NCBI GenBank assembly: GCA_951406725.2
Contig: OX597831.1
Location: forward strand, 53,010,001-53,074,000
DNA: 64,000 nt
Origin: Octopus vulgaris
Taxonomy: Eukaryota
Reading direction: 5' to 3'
Shown: one piece after another, positions 38,498 to 50,070 of the stretch
Numbering within the stretch: the stretch's first letter is position 1
Layout: each line of letters opens with the position of its first letter
Position numbers and translations under genes: made by a program
The notes under the pieces: generated by a model
The model's database searches: none
What the model was told of the DNA's origin: nothing
The model's input: the letters and a program-made list of their open reading frames with translations, nothing else

Positions 38498-38616
38498 CCA
38501 CAATTGCACCCATCAACCCGGGCAGCATTCCCAGTGTTGTTAACCCTGTCTCAAATGCCAATGCCAACCGCACCTCAATTGGAGGAGGAATCAGCCCAGC
38601 CAGCTTTAGTTCACAG
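38498..38616 (+). CDS. CARM1: CARM1 penultimate coding exon
   Basis: ctttcag|...|gtgggt, 119 nt, phase 1-0. TIAPINPGSIPSVVNPVSNANANRTSIGGGISPASFSSQ resembles, from memory, the PGSI and IGGGI(S/T)P motifs of invertebrate CARM1 tails. Confidence 0.82.
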
Positions 38617-41574
38617 GTGGGTCTGCTCCTACTGACCTCTCACCCACATACAGTTGCATACACACCACTCCACATACAATCATCATCAGTCTTTATTTTT
38701 TTTAAATTCAGGGTTTAACCTTTTTGTTTGTTTATGTATCTTTAAAAATATAACTATTGTTCTGAATGTTTTCTAGTCAGGAAGTAATTCCATTTAACTG
38801 AGATTTGTTTCTTATATTTAGATGATAGAGTTTGTGTGAGCAGATAGCATTTATGAAGGAAGGGTTAATTAATTTCCCTTTACTTTGCAACCATAGGGTT
38901 CAATTGCACAATGCAGAACCTTGGGCAAGTATAGTATTGCTTAGAGTTGACAAATGCATTTTGAATGAAGTAGGCATATATTGGCAAAACATTGCCGATA
39001 AATCAATGCATCAAACAAGAATACTTTATAGTAATTTAATCATTCTGGACTGCACCTATATTGTAAGTGTATGAGCCAGTGATGGAAATCTGCAATCAAT
39101 GATGCAGTTGTTCATAAATGCACAATTAGAAAAATTAGTAGCTCTTTTGCAATGCGATGTCTATTGCATCATCACCTCATTTCCTGAAAGCAGTAGTTTT
39201 ATGGGACTTCTGTATATTCTCTATTACATATTTATACCTGTATGTTCTCTCTTTACTAATATTGTTATAGTGCTCTTAAGACTATAACAAGAACCTTTTC
39301 TTTGCTTTAATTACTGTTTGCATCAACAGCGATAGGTTTACATCATCATGCTACTCTATGAGTGACTTATATTCACAGAAAATTAGCTTGATAATTTCTT
39401 TCCTATCTTTCTGTTTTGTTTATTTCTAATGTCTTGGTGATAATTGTTTAAAAGCAATACAAATATTGGATTAGAATAATTTGAATGGTCTCCTTTAATG
39501 CAATTATTTCTCTTTTGATTATTATTATTATTTTTGGTTGCTGTAAAGTGAGATATTTTTGACATGATACTGTGTCAAACTTAGATTTAAAATTTTATGT
39601 TATTTATAAGTATGTATAATAACAATTGTGGATACTTGTAATTTTTTTAAGTTAAATTCTTGTTTCCATAACTAATGTATTATGTTAATGAGATTTATTT
39701 CTAAATGCTCTTGTAAGGATGAATGACTTCACATCATTTCCTAACCTCCTGTTTTTGTATATTTAACCATGTTAGCTTGTTAGAGATGGTTGAGACAGTA
39801 AGATGTTGGTCTATACACATTATTGTATTTGAATTTCATCTTTCTACATTTTGAGTTGAAAGCTCCACCGACAGGGGTTAGGATTAATTTTTACTCTTAC
39901 TTTTCATCTTTTAGGAGTCAACAAAATAGTCACTAGTAAAGCACTGAAGCGACTCTGACCATATTCCTCCCTTTACAAAATTTGTAGCCCTGAGCCTTAG
40001 CATAAGTTAATTATTTAATTATATTGTCTTGGGTAGCAGCAAAGGATTTATGAGATATTATGGAAAGCAATAGATATTTTAAAATTCTGCTTTCATTTTA
40101 TATTTGCCCAAACTGTTGTTTGTATTAAACCTAGTTTGTTTCAACAGTATTTAGAATATTCAATAGCTTCTCATTAATTTGACTGCTGAAGAAATCCACA
40201 GAAATTTGCATGTGTAGATGCACAAATGCTTGCCAAAATGTACATTTGCATGTATTCACATGGAAAACCATAAATGCACTTATGGATACCAGTAAAACTA
40301 GTTTCCTCCCACCATTAGACACACTAACATAGAGCAGCAATATTTCACACACGTCATTCATACTCTTTCATATTCATGCTTAAGATCTGTTTTTTTTTTT
40401 CTTTCCTAATATTTATAAAATTTGTTTTTCTTTTTCAAATTTGGTATCTAAATATAAATCGATTTTTCTGCTGTTTATCTTGTAGGTAAAAGACCCTTGC
40501 TGTTTAGAGTTACATGTACACACAAACACAGACATACATACACACACTTACTCACTATAGTGTATGTTGTAGGTTAAGGAGAGATATGCAGATTAAGAAA
40601 ACTAGACAGGGTTGGAAAATTTCCATAATTAATTAATGGTGGACATCTTATTCCTGACAGCACAGTTGTTCAGTTAGGAGTTCCCCATTTCCTGCATTCT
40701 GTTTCTTTGTAGCAGCAGAGTTGCTATATAACAACACTTATGTTCTTACCATTTCCTCATGAATGGCCTAAATAAAGCCAAGCATAGTAAGAGAACTAGT
40801 AGCTTAGGGTGCAAAACAGATGTATGTGCATTTGGTAGAACATAGGCAGTGGCAGATGCATGTTAATGGTTTAAAAAAGACAAAAACCTTACTTGAAATG
40901 TGATGGACAGCTTCTAATTTTATCATTGTGTCAGCATTAGTGATGTGGAGAGAAACACCAATGTTCTTTGCAATAGGCTTGAAAATTGTCAAGAGAGTTA
41001 TTTCTCTTTGAATGAAACCAATGGTAGCCTGTTTAACCCACGAATAAAGAATATTTATCTACCAATGTGGTATTGAGCACTCATTATCACTAGTTGATAT
41101 TAACGTGTGTGTATGTAGCTAGATAGGATATTATAATAATCACCACTATTTTAATGTCCACTTCTCCATGCTTGCATGGATTCAATAGCTTTTGAAGAGG
41201 ATTTTCCACTCCTAGATTCCCTTCCTGTTTGCTACTTCTCACCTATTTCCAAGCAAGGTCATATTTCCCCATAGCCAGACAATTTTTGGAGATCATTAGA
41301 AATGAATTACACTGTATGAAAATGACGCTCATTTACAACTCTCACATGATGTCATGGCAAGGAGACATAAACATATACATTCAGACTCATCACATCAGGT
41401 ACCTTTCTCTCACCACTGGCCCTGTGCTTGACTATGACTTCACTTAGTTTGACATGGTTTTCTCAAGCACAGTTAATTGCCAGAATTCTCGGCTGTGCTT
41501 GAGAGTACACATCAAGCTAAGCGAAATTGTAGTTGTGGCTAGTGTTGGTGAGATATATATCTTTTATTTTTTAC

Positions 41575-41932
41575 TTGTTTCAGTCCTTAGACTGCAGACA
41601 TACTGGGGCACCGCCTTAAAGAATTTTTACTCAAATGTATTGACTCCAGTACTTATTTTTTAAAAGCTTGGTATTTATTCTTTTGGTCTTTTGCCAAATG
41701 GTTAAGTTATGAAGATTATGGGGATGTAAGCACACCAGCACCAGTTGTCGAGCAGTGGAGGGTGTGAGGGCAAACACAACACAAAGACATATGTACATAC
41801 ATACGATGGGTTTCTTTCAATTTCTGTCTATCAAATCCACTCACGAGGCTTTGGTCAGCCCAAAGTGCAACGCAATGAGACTGAACCTGGAGCCATGTAG
41901 TAGGGATACAAGCTTCTTACTACACAGCCACA
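41575..41932 (-). mobile_element. SINE family B
   Basis: Reverse complement of the family B head and tail. Confidence 0.75.
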
Positions 41933-43520
41933 CCTTATATAGTAAAATTGATAAGAATGCTGTGGACTTGTCATGGGTGTGGAAAATCCAGCATTTCAGA
42001 CAGCTCTTCAAGGAAAAAATGATAGAGAAATTAACGAAATAGAGTTTTACATCCTCTAAGTCAGATAATCTGGCTACCACTGATAGGGAATGCAGGACCA
42101 TGGGACCTTTATATTCAAACTTGGTGCCATGTCACTAACATATTTAAAAGAACGATTTTCCTTCTATTCCTTCAATGAATTTTGTCTACTTTTCTATGCT
42201 TGCATGGGTCAGACAGAATTCACTGACTTAGGATATCCTATGGGTGGATGCCCTTCCTGTTGCCAGGTCTCACCTGTTTCCTAGCAAGGTAATACTTCCT
42301 ATAGCTGGATATGGTTTGATGGAAAATAAGAAACAAAAGGTACTACTTATATGAGGTTGGCCCTTGTTTACAATTATTATATAAGGCAATAAAATAATAC
42401 AGATGTATATATATTCAATGGTCTTCCAGTCACCAAATTGTGTATCAAGTCCATTCACTAAGCCTGAGATTGGCTCATGGCTGTAGTAGAAGATACTTGC
42501 TCAAGGAGATACTCAAATTGCTATGCACTAGAACTGAACTCAAAACCATGTGGGAAGCAAGCTTCTAAGCCACACAACTATGCCTGCATGTACACACACT
42601 CACACACACACACACACATATGTACATAGAAAATCTATATATATGTGTGTGTGTAGATATATATGCACAAGCATATACATAAGTATGCATAAGCTACTGA
42701 AGCAAATTCATCGTCGTCATTTAATGTCTTGTCCATGCTGGCATGGGTTGGATGCTTTGACTAGAGCTGGGGAGCTGCACCAGATACCAGTCTGATTCGA
42801 CATAGCTTTTGTGGCTGGGTACCCTTCCTAACATCAACCACTTTATAGTGTGCTGGGTGTTTTTATGTGGCACTGCATGTAATAAAAATGAACATGTAAA
42901 GATATATATTACTGTTGCTGTAAATTAGAAGTTATGACCCCTGTGCATAGTTGCCTATATTAAATGAGGTACACATTACATAAATCAGTGAGGAAGCTGC
43001 TATCTGCTCACAACCTACTATCAACAGCAAATAATAATGTACTCTCTCAGAAATGTATAATTTTCCTTAAAACATGAAAAGGAAAGTGCACAGACAAAAT
43101 AGTTTTTGATACACCACCTCAAAGACAGGATGGTCAGAGATGGACTGTCTGTAAAAAGTGTTGTTCACCAGCATCTAAACAATTGTATATTAGCTTTATA
43201 TACAGTATACAGTTTATCAACTGTTGTATCTTCTGGAAAATGTACATTACCTGAAAATGGTTAATTCTCATTTTTGACTGCTTCCACCTTTCTTGCTCAA
43301 TGTCCCCTCACTCATTCACCATTACTATTCATTGGAGCTGATAACAATTTTCAAAATGTTAGGTATTTGAGAAATGTGGTGTCTTTTGATAGGATGCCTG
43401 ACAACATCAGGATGTAAGTCTTAGATGAATTTCAGACCAGGTCTATTTCTTAGTTTTACTATATTTTAAAGTCTTTTCAGATCCCACAGTGAGTACATCA
43501 GTTTCACTATTTTGCAAGTG

Positions 43521-43785
43521 ATCACGTGACCGACCAGACCATCAGATGTTGTTACACATTGCTGGTCACAATGCGTTCGCATTGTTTTAGCCTTCGAATG
43601 ACGCCACCCCGCTGGCTAAGCGAGCAGGCCAACAGAAGAAAGAGTGGTGAAAGAGTACAGCAGGAATCACCACCCCCTGCCGGAGCCTCGTGGAGCTTTT
43701 AGGTGTTTTCGCTCAATAAACACTCACAATGCCCGGTCTGGGAATCGAAACCGCGATCCTAACCACTAGGCCATTGCGCCTCCAC
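43521..43785 (-). mobile_element. Young tRNA-derived SINE with 12-bp TSD
   Basis: TSD ATTTTGCAAGTG at 43509-43520 and 43786-43797. Head GTGGAGGCGCAATGGCCTAGTGGTTAG..GGTTTCGATTCCC. CpG-rich. Confidence 0.9.
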
Positions 43786-43894
43786 ATTTTGCAAGTGTAA
43801 TTGTTAATTATTCAAATTTTCCCCAATCAGATTCCTCTATAAATGGAAAGGTGGAGGAAGAAGCATATTGATTTTATAGATTTTAATATAGTGC

Positions 43895-44112
43895 TAAGGC
43901 GGTGAGCTGGCAGAACCATTAGCATGCCAGGTAAAATGCTTTGTGGAATTTTATCTGTTTTTATGTTCTAAATTCAAATGCTGCCGAGGTTGATCTTGTC
44001 TTTCATCCTTTTGAAGTCAATAAAATGAGTACCAGTTGAGTACTGGGGGTCAATGTAATTGACTTATCCACTTCCTGGAAGTTGCTGGTCTTGTACAAAA
44101 ATTTGAAATCAA
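43895..44112 (+). mobile_element. SINE family A
   Basis: AAGGCGGTGAGCTGGCAGAACCATTAGC head. Confidence 0.8.
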
Positions 44113-44534
44113 TATAGTTAATGCCTTTTGTAGCTATTCCACTGATAGCATTTCAGCTCAGCACTGCACTTTGATGTTGATCATTTGGTGCTTAATCATA
44201 GCAATTATTGACTATGCCAGGCTTGTCTATAGTTATATATTGATCTGTGGCATTATGGGATATATTACACCAATCATTTGTTAACCAGTATATCAACAGC
44301 CTATTGATTTAAGTAAATTCCACCAAAGGCAAAATTGATAGTTGAGTAAGATGACTCACGTTTTTTGTATCACTACAGTTTTACAGCTTGAGTTTCTGCA
44401 GTCTTGTACTTGCCTAGACTGTGTGTGTGTGTGCACCTGACTTATATTATTAGTTAACTTCAACTTCAGATTTTGATTAGTTTTTGGAAGAAAAATTAAG
44501 CTTATGCAAGAATACAACGGTGTAGATATACAAG

Positions 44535-44875
44535 GTGCTAGCCTGGCTGGGTAGTTGAGAAGCTTGCTTCTCAAACATTTGGGCTTTGGTTTAGTCTCAC
44601 TGTACAGCACCTTGAGCAAGTGTCTTTGTGAGTGGATCTGGTAGACAGAAATTAAAATGAGCCCATTTTATATGTGTGTATGTGCACCTGTCTCTTGACG
44701 TAAGTGGTGGTTGTAAACGAGCGTGAAAAATGTCTGGCCACAGGAAATATTACAATGCTTGGTAAACAGGTGAGGGATAGTGACTTGAAAAGCATTTAGC
44801 TGTAGAAAATCTTCCTCAACAAATTCTATCTGATCCAAACAGACATGGAGAAGTGGTTGTTAAATGGTGATGATA
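44535..44875 (+). mobile_element. SINE family B (degenerate)
   Basis: AGAAGCTTGCTTCTC...CACCTTGAGCAAGTGTCTT...GGTGAGGG...(GAT)n tail. Confidence 0.7.
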
Positions 44876-46741
44876 GGTTTCCAGAGAAGTGAGGAATAAA
44901 TGCACAAATGTATAAAAAACAAAACAAAAAAAAAAGCAACTGATTAACCACCTAATATTCCTTAATTTGCTTTGTCTTTTTGTTTACCCACATTCTCATT
45001 TAATGTAATATGGTCTCATTTTATGATGGACTCAGTTAGTTTTGACATCTGAGCATCTAATTGTTTGATCAGTTGAATGAACTAATTAATGATTTAGTAT
45101 GAGAGGTGGCTGAGTATTTTACAGGTACATGTACTTTAATGTACTTCAGAAGTAGAATCAGTGTAGCACAGTTTGATAATGCTGGATCTTTGAATGACAA
45201 GCTCATTCCATCTATCAGGTTTCTGTATAGTTTTCATTTAATTTCACTAACAAGGCTTGGGTCAGCTTGAGGATATGCTAAAGGCATTTACCCAAGATAC
45301 CGTGTAGTGGAACCAAACCTGGGACCGTGTGGTTGTGAAAGGAACTTATCGTGAACCACCCATCATCCATACATATATCCATACATATTCATATAGTACA
45401 TATAAACAGATTTCAGCTTGTGTGGTATATCTAGAGCATGGCTAGTGGAACACAGTCTCTCATTGGTGGATTTCAATTTGGTAATGTAAGCTAATAGAAC
45501 ACTCATCAGTTTTTCAGTGCTTCCATTACTTGTATGGTACTTAGGTATAGTTAAGATCAGAGAAACTGCATAGCACTGTTGACAAAATACAACTGAAAAC
45601 CTTCTGCAACTGTTGGGTATCATTGAATACAGTGAGTCTCATTATACATTTAGAACTATATAACCCACTAACAAACTCCGGATTGTGTATCAAGCTGAAT
45701 TTAAAAAAAAAAACAACAAAAAAACTGCTCTCATGTTCTTTGTTGGAATTTTTCCCTCTTCATTAAAAAAAAAAAAAATCCACAGGTTTCATGGCTGTGT
45801 AAGAGAGAATTCATTAAATTTAGTTTTCTAAGTTTTGCATTGAAATATATTTACATATACTTGCATTCCTGAACATGCACATGCGTGTGCACACACTGAA
45901 TGGCATGAGAGCCGATGTCTGAAGTACATTTTTGTGTCGGCTGTGGTGCAAATATTGACTGGGATTTCTCACCTAATTTCCACAAACAGGGCAGAACAGA
46001 AGTTAAAATGAGGGATTGTTCTTCCTCTCATTCTGTCTCTGTGTTTGTCATATGAACCTACAGAAGACCAATAAACCTTATCAAAATACACGAACAATAA
46101 TCAGTTGTTCCTAATGTGATTTGTGCAACATTTTTGGAGGGGAGCAAAAAAAAGAAAGAAAAAGCAAACAAGAAATTAACCCTTTTGATATTGATCAGCC
46201 TGAGATTGACCCCAGTTCTGATACAGAACCTCTTGTTTTAAAGTGTTCATGTATAAATTTACTGCTTTCCCATCATCACAGTTCATTAAAAACACTAATA
46301 AATTTACTAAATATCTCCAGTCAAAACTTACGGACATATACCATTAGAAATCTTGTCACGAAACTATTAGCCTTTTAGCATTTAAATCGGTATGATCTAA
46401 CCTCTCGTACCTACCCTGCAGTGTCATTCTAAAAATAAAACAAAGCAATCATATCATCAAAATCTTGAGTCTATGAGATTATGCATGACTGATTCAAAAC
46501 TGTGAATAAATAAGCATTACATTTGATAGAATAGTAATCTGAATGCTAAAGGGTTAAAGACTTGACACAGAATTTCTAATGAATTTTAAATATATTTAAG
46601 TAATTTAGATTTTTTTTTTTTTTCAAAAAACAAAAAAAAAAACAAAAAAACTATTAGTTAATGTTTGTTGTGTCTTGATTGCACTTTCTAACTAAAATTT
46701 TTTTACGTTTCTCTCTTTTTCTTTCTTTCTTTCTTTCATAG

Positions 46742-46864
46742 AATGTCATCACTGGAGGTACAAGTCATTATCCTGTTAGTAACCAGTTCATGATAGGTGA
46801 CTATGTAATGCCTGGTAATGTTGTCACCCCCGCTAATAACTACCGCAAGTCTGAAGCTGTCTAG
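46742..46864 (+). CDS. CARM1: CARM1 last coding exon including TAG stop
   Basis: Long polypyrimidine tract and catag|, phase 0. NVITGGTSHYPVSNQFMIGDYVMPGNVVTPANNYRKSEAV* (HY.V..QF and MIGDYV motifs). Confidence 0.88.
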   Translation, partial: NVITGGTSHYPVSNQFMIGDYVMPGNVVTPANNYRKSEAV

Positions 46865-47247
46865 TACTCTGCTCTAGTACTCTTTCTTGCCTGCCCTGCC
46901 CCAGAACCTCTTTCCATTTCCTCCCTTCCAAATCACACCTACTCCCTCTTTCTTTTACATGGATTCAGACACTATAAGGATTTTGTGACAGATCCATTTT
47001 ATTCTGTTCCTTTTTTTTTTTACACATCACCCTTCAATCAAACCATGAACTAAAGAAAAAGGCACAGTTTCTGCCTCCTCCTCCTTTTACTCTCTTTTTG
47101 ACTGTAAATGCAAATTTATGTGGGCCTGGGCCTGCTGCAACGAATGGAAGTAGCAGTGGATATATCCAAGCTTATTTCAGGTATATCACAAATTCATGTG
47201 AACATACACCACACACATCATTTAAAAGAATTTGAGAAAAGTCTCTT

Positions 47248-47282
<35 letters not shown>

Positions 47283-47799
47283 TGCAAACATAATCTCTGT
47301 CTCTTTTTCTTTCCCAAAATACCACATTCATACATAGACACATTGAAGACATTATTGTTTGGAAACAAAAAAGTTTTCCAGCCAGACTTTTAGAAGTTTT
47401 TCTGAAAAGAAAAAGACAACAACCAAGGTTTAAAAAAAAAGAAAGAAAAAACCACCTCCCTCATTAAATAAAAAAGGCAACAAGAAAGCAAAGTCAAAGA
47501 AGAATATATAGCAGATTGAAGGATTTCTTATCAGCAAGCAGCAAGTTATAGTCAAAGGGCTTTTTTTCCCCCAAGGAAATTAAAGAAACAAATGTTGACA
47601 TTTTAGATTCAGGTATAACATCACACACGCGCACACATAGACACAGACATATGTGTATTGTTATGTGTATGTATATAAAGATATATATATACATACATGC
47701 ATGCATACATACTTATATTTATAATGCACATATATTTGTATCATACTCAGAATTTTTTAAGGGGTTCTGAGCATTTTAGTTTGTTGTTATTATTACTAA

Positions 47800-48015
47800 A
47801 ATAAGCTGGCAGAATCGTTAGTAAGCCTGGTAAGATGCTTGGCAGCATTTTGCCTGTCTTTACGATCTGAGTTCAAATTCCACCAATGTCGACTTCACTT
47901 TCATCCTTTTAGGTCAATAAAATAAGTACCGGTTGAGTCCTGGGGTCGATGTAATCGACCCACCCCTGCCCCCAAATTGCTGGCCTTGTGCCGAAGTTTG
48001 AAACCATTATTATTT
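47800..48015 (+). mobile_element. SINE family A in the presumed CARM1 3' UTR
   Basis: AAGCTGGCAGAATCGTTAG head and well-preserved body. Confidence 0.8.
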
Positions 48016-48152
48016 TCATTGTTATTATGCTAGATTTGACAGAACAAAAGAACATGTTGGTTCTTATCCTAAAATCCATTTTATTTATTTTGTACTGCCA
48101 TGGAAAAGTATATGCAGACTGCCATATCCTCCCTCCTTTATTTCTCTCTTTC

Positions 48153-48201
<49 letters not shown>

Positions 48202-48451
48202 ACACGGCATTTAATATGATATTCTTAGTAAAAAGTTAGGATGGATATATTTGTGTGTGTTAATATATATATATATATATATATATATAGTCAAATAATT
48301 ATACCTGGTGAGAAATTGTATAGTAATGTAAAACAACAACTTTGTATAAACATAAATATAGTTGAGTAACTCAGCTTAACTTCCTTCAGTCAGCTGACCT
48401 GCAAAACTACTTTTAGTAGTGTATGCAGTGAGATCTATACATGATATATAT

Positions 48452-48487
<36 letters not shown>

Positions 48488-48901
48488 AAGGCAAATATAT
48501 CTAAGAAGGCATTACTTAATAGTACACACACTCACATACCTTTGTTTCTGTCTCTAGCTTTTGTTGTAGCAGCCTTTTTTTTTTTCTCATCCTCTTTATA
48601 TTCATAATTCATACATTAAAAATAATACTCCATGTTCCCCCAAAGTAGCAAACATCAATTGATTGTCTGCTTTGAAAAGATTAACTGCATCAAATTCAAA
48701 TGTGTTTGTTTATTTCTTTGTTTGTTATGTTTCTTATAATGCCGGTTATGATGATCCTTACTTCATTGCAGTGTTACTTATGAAATCTTGTGTCTTGGAA
48801 ACTAAAACCCTCATCTCTCATCAAAACCATTGGATTATTTGTGTATGTGTGTTGTTATTTTTCTAATATGCTACTGGCTTAGCCTCACTGTGTGCGTGCG
48901 T

Positions 48902-48976
48902 TTAGTTACGCACCAAATATTTACTCTGTGTGTGTGTGTGTTAGTTACGCACCAAATATTTACTTTGTGTGTGTGT
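48902..48976. repeat. Tandem duplication, 39-nt period
   Basis: TTAGTTACGCACCAAATATTTACT followed by (GT)n, present twice. Confidence 0.85.
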
Positions 48977-49539
48977 ATATAAGATACAAGATGGGCCAAA
49001 AGTCGTGCACCAAGATAAGTCATATTTATATTGCACATTTCAAAAACGATTTTTCTGAAATTGAATAAAATAAAATGATAATGAACAAAACAAATAATAA
49101 TAACAAAATATAAATATGGTCCAACCCATGCTAGCATGGAAAGCGGATGCTAAACGATGATGATGATGTCAACTGTGTCAGTTGCATGACTTTTGGCCCA
49201 TATATATATAATGTGTGTGTGTGTGTGTTTATATATAAATACATAAAACACATAATTTCTATATTTATGTATAGATAGATGTATGTATATATAAATGTGT
49301 GTGTATGTCTCAAATTTTTATTTTATTTTTTTAAAATCAGTTTTGAGTTGATACAAGGAACTAAAGGATTAACATTTTTCTATACTTAGTGTTACTTTTT
49401 TTTTTAACCTGGAAAGAAAACTTTTAAAAGAAATGATAGAAAAAAATTGAAAATAACTAAAAGGAATAAAATAAGTGAAATTGGTCAAAAGTTTTGATAT
49501 TTAGTATTTTTATAACCTCTCAAGATAATTCCTTTATTT

Positions 49540-49900
49540 TAGAAGTTGAATCCCACCAAGATTGACATTGCCTTTCCTCCTTTTGGGGCTGTTAAAATAA
49601 AATGTCAATCAATTACTGAGGTTAATGTAATTGACTTGCCCACTCTTCTCAAAATTGCTGGCCTTTTATCAAGATTAGAAAAGTATTATTATTATTGTTA
49701 TTAAGGTGGCGATCTGGCAAAATGCTTTGTGGCATTTCATCCATCTTTACGTTCTGAGTTAAAATTCTGCTACGGTTGACTTTGCCATTCATCCTTTTGA
49801 GGTTGATGAAATAAGCACCATTTGAGTACTGGGGTTGATGTAATTGACTTAACCCATCCCACCAAATTTCAGGCCTTGTGCCTATAATAGAAAGGATTAT
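49540..49900 (+). mobile_element. Two tandem SINE family A copies
   Basis: Standard bodies and (TTA)n tails. Confidence 0.75.
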
Positions 49901-49906
49901 TATCAT

Positions 49907-50070
49907 TTGTGAAGTATATTTACCACTTAAATGTGGCTAACCCTTAAGGGTGGATGCTGGGTGGATGCTACTACAAGCTACAGTAGCATCCACACTTAAG
50001 GGTTAGCTACATTTAAGTGGTAAATATACTTCACAATGTCGTGCAGCTACTGTTTATACCTTACTCAGAG
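49907..50070. repeat. Fold-back insertion 3 (short inverted repeat plus tail)
   Basis: Arms 49907-49972 and 49982-50036. The left arm has an 11-nt duplication GGGTGGATGCT. Inserted in a SINE (TTA)n tail. Confidence 0.8.

Noticed and set aside
40481-40491. Recursive splice site (tag|gtaaaa)
   Set aside because: The regenerated donor is weak and the intron is only ~8 kb. No supporting evidence.
43481-43488. 8-nt microexon (ttttcag|ATCCCACA|gtgagt)
   Set aside because: Frameshifting and in a repeat-rich part of the intron. Indistinguishable from chance without RNA data.
46860-46883. TCTAGTACTCT direct repeat over the CARM1 stop as a readthrough or backup-stop signal
   Set aside because: The second TAG is out of frame. 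Most likely a small slippage duplication.
48902-48976. CRISPR-like repeat-spacer
   Set aside because: Only two units, the spacers are (GT)n, and the context is eukaryotic.
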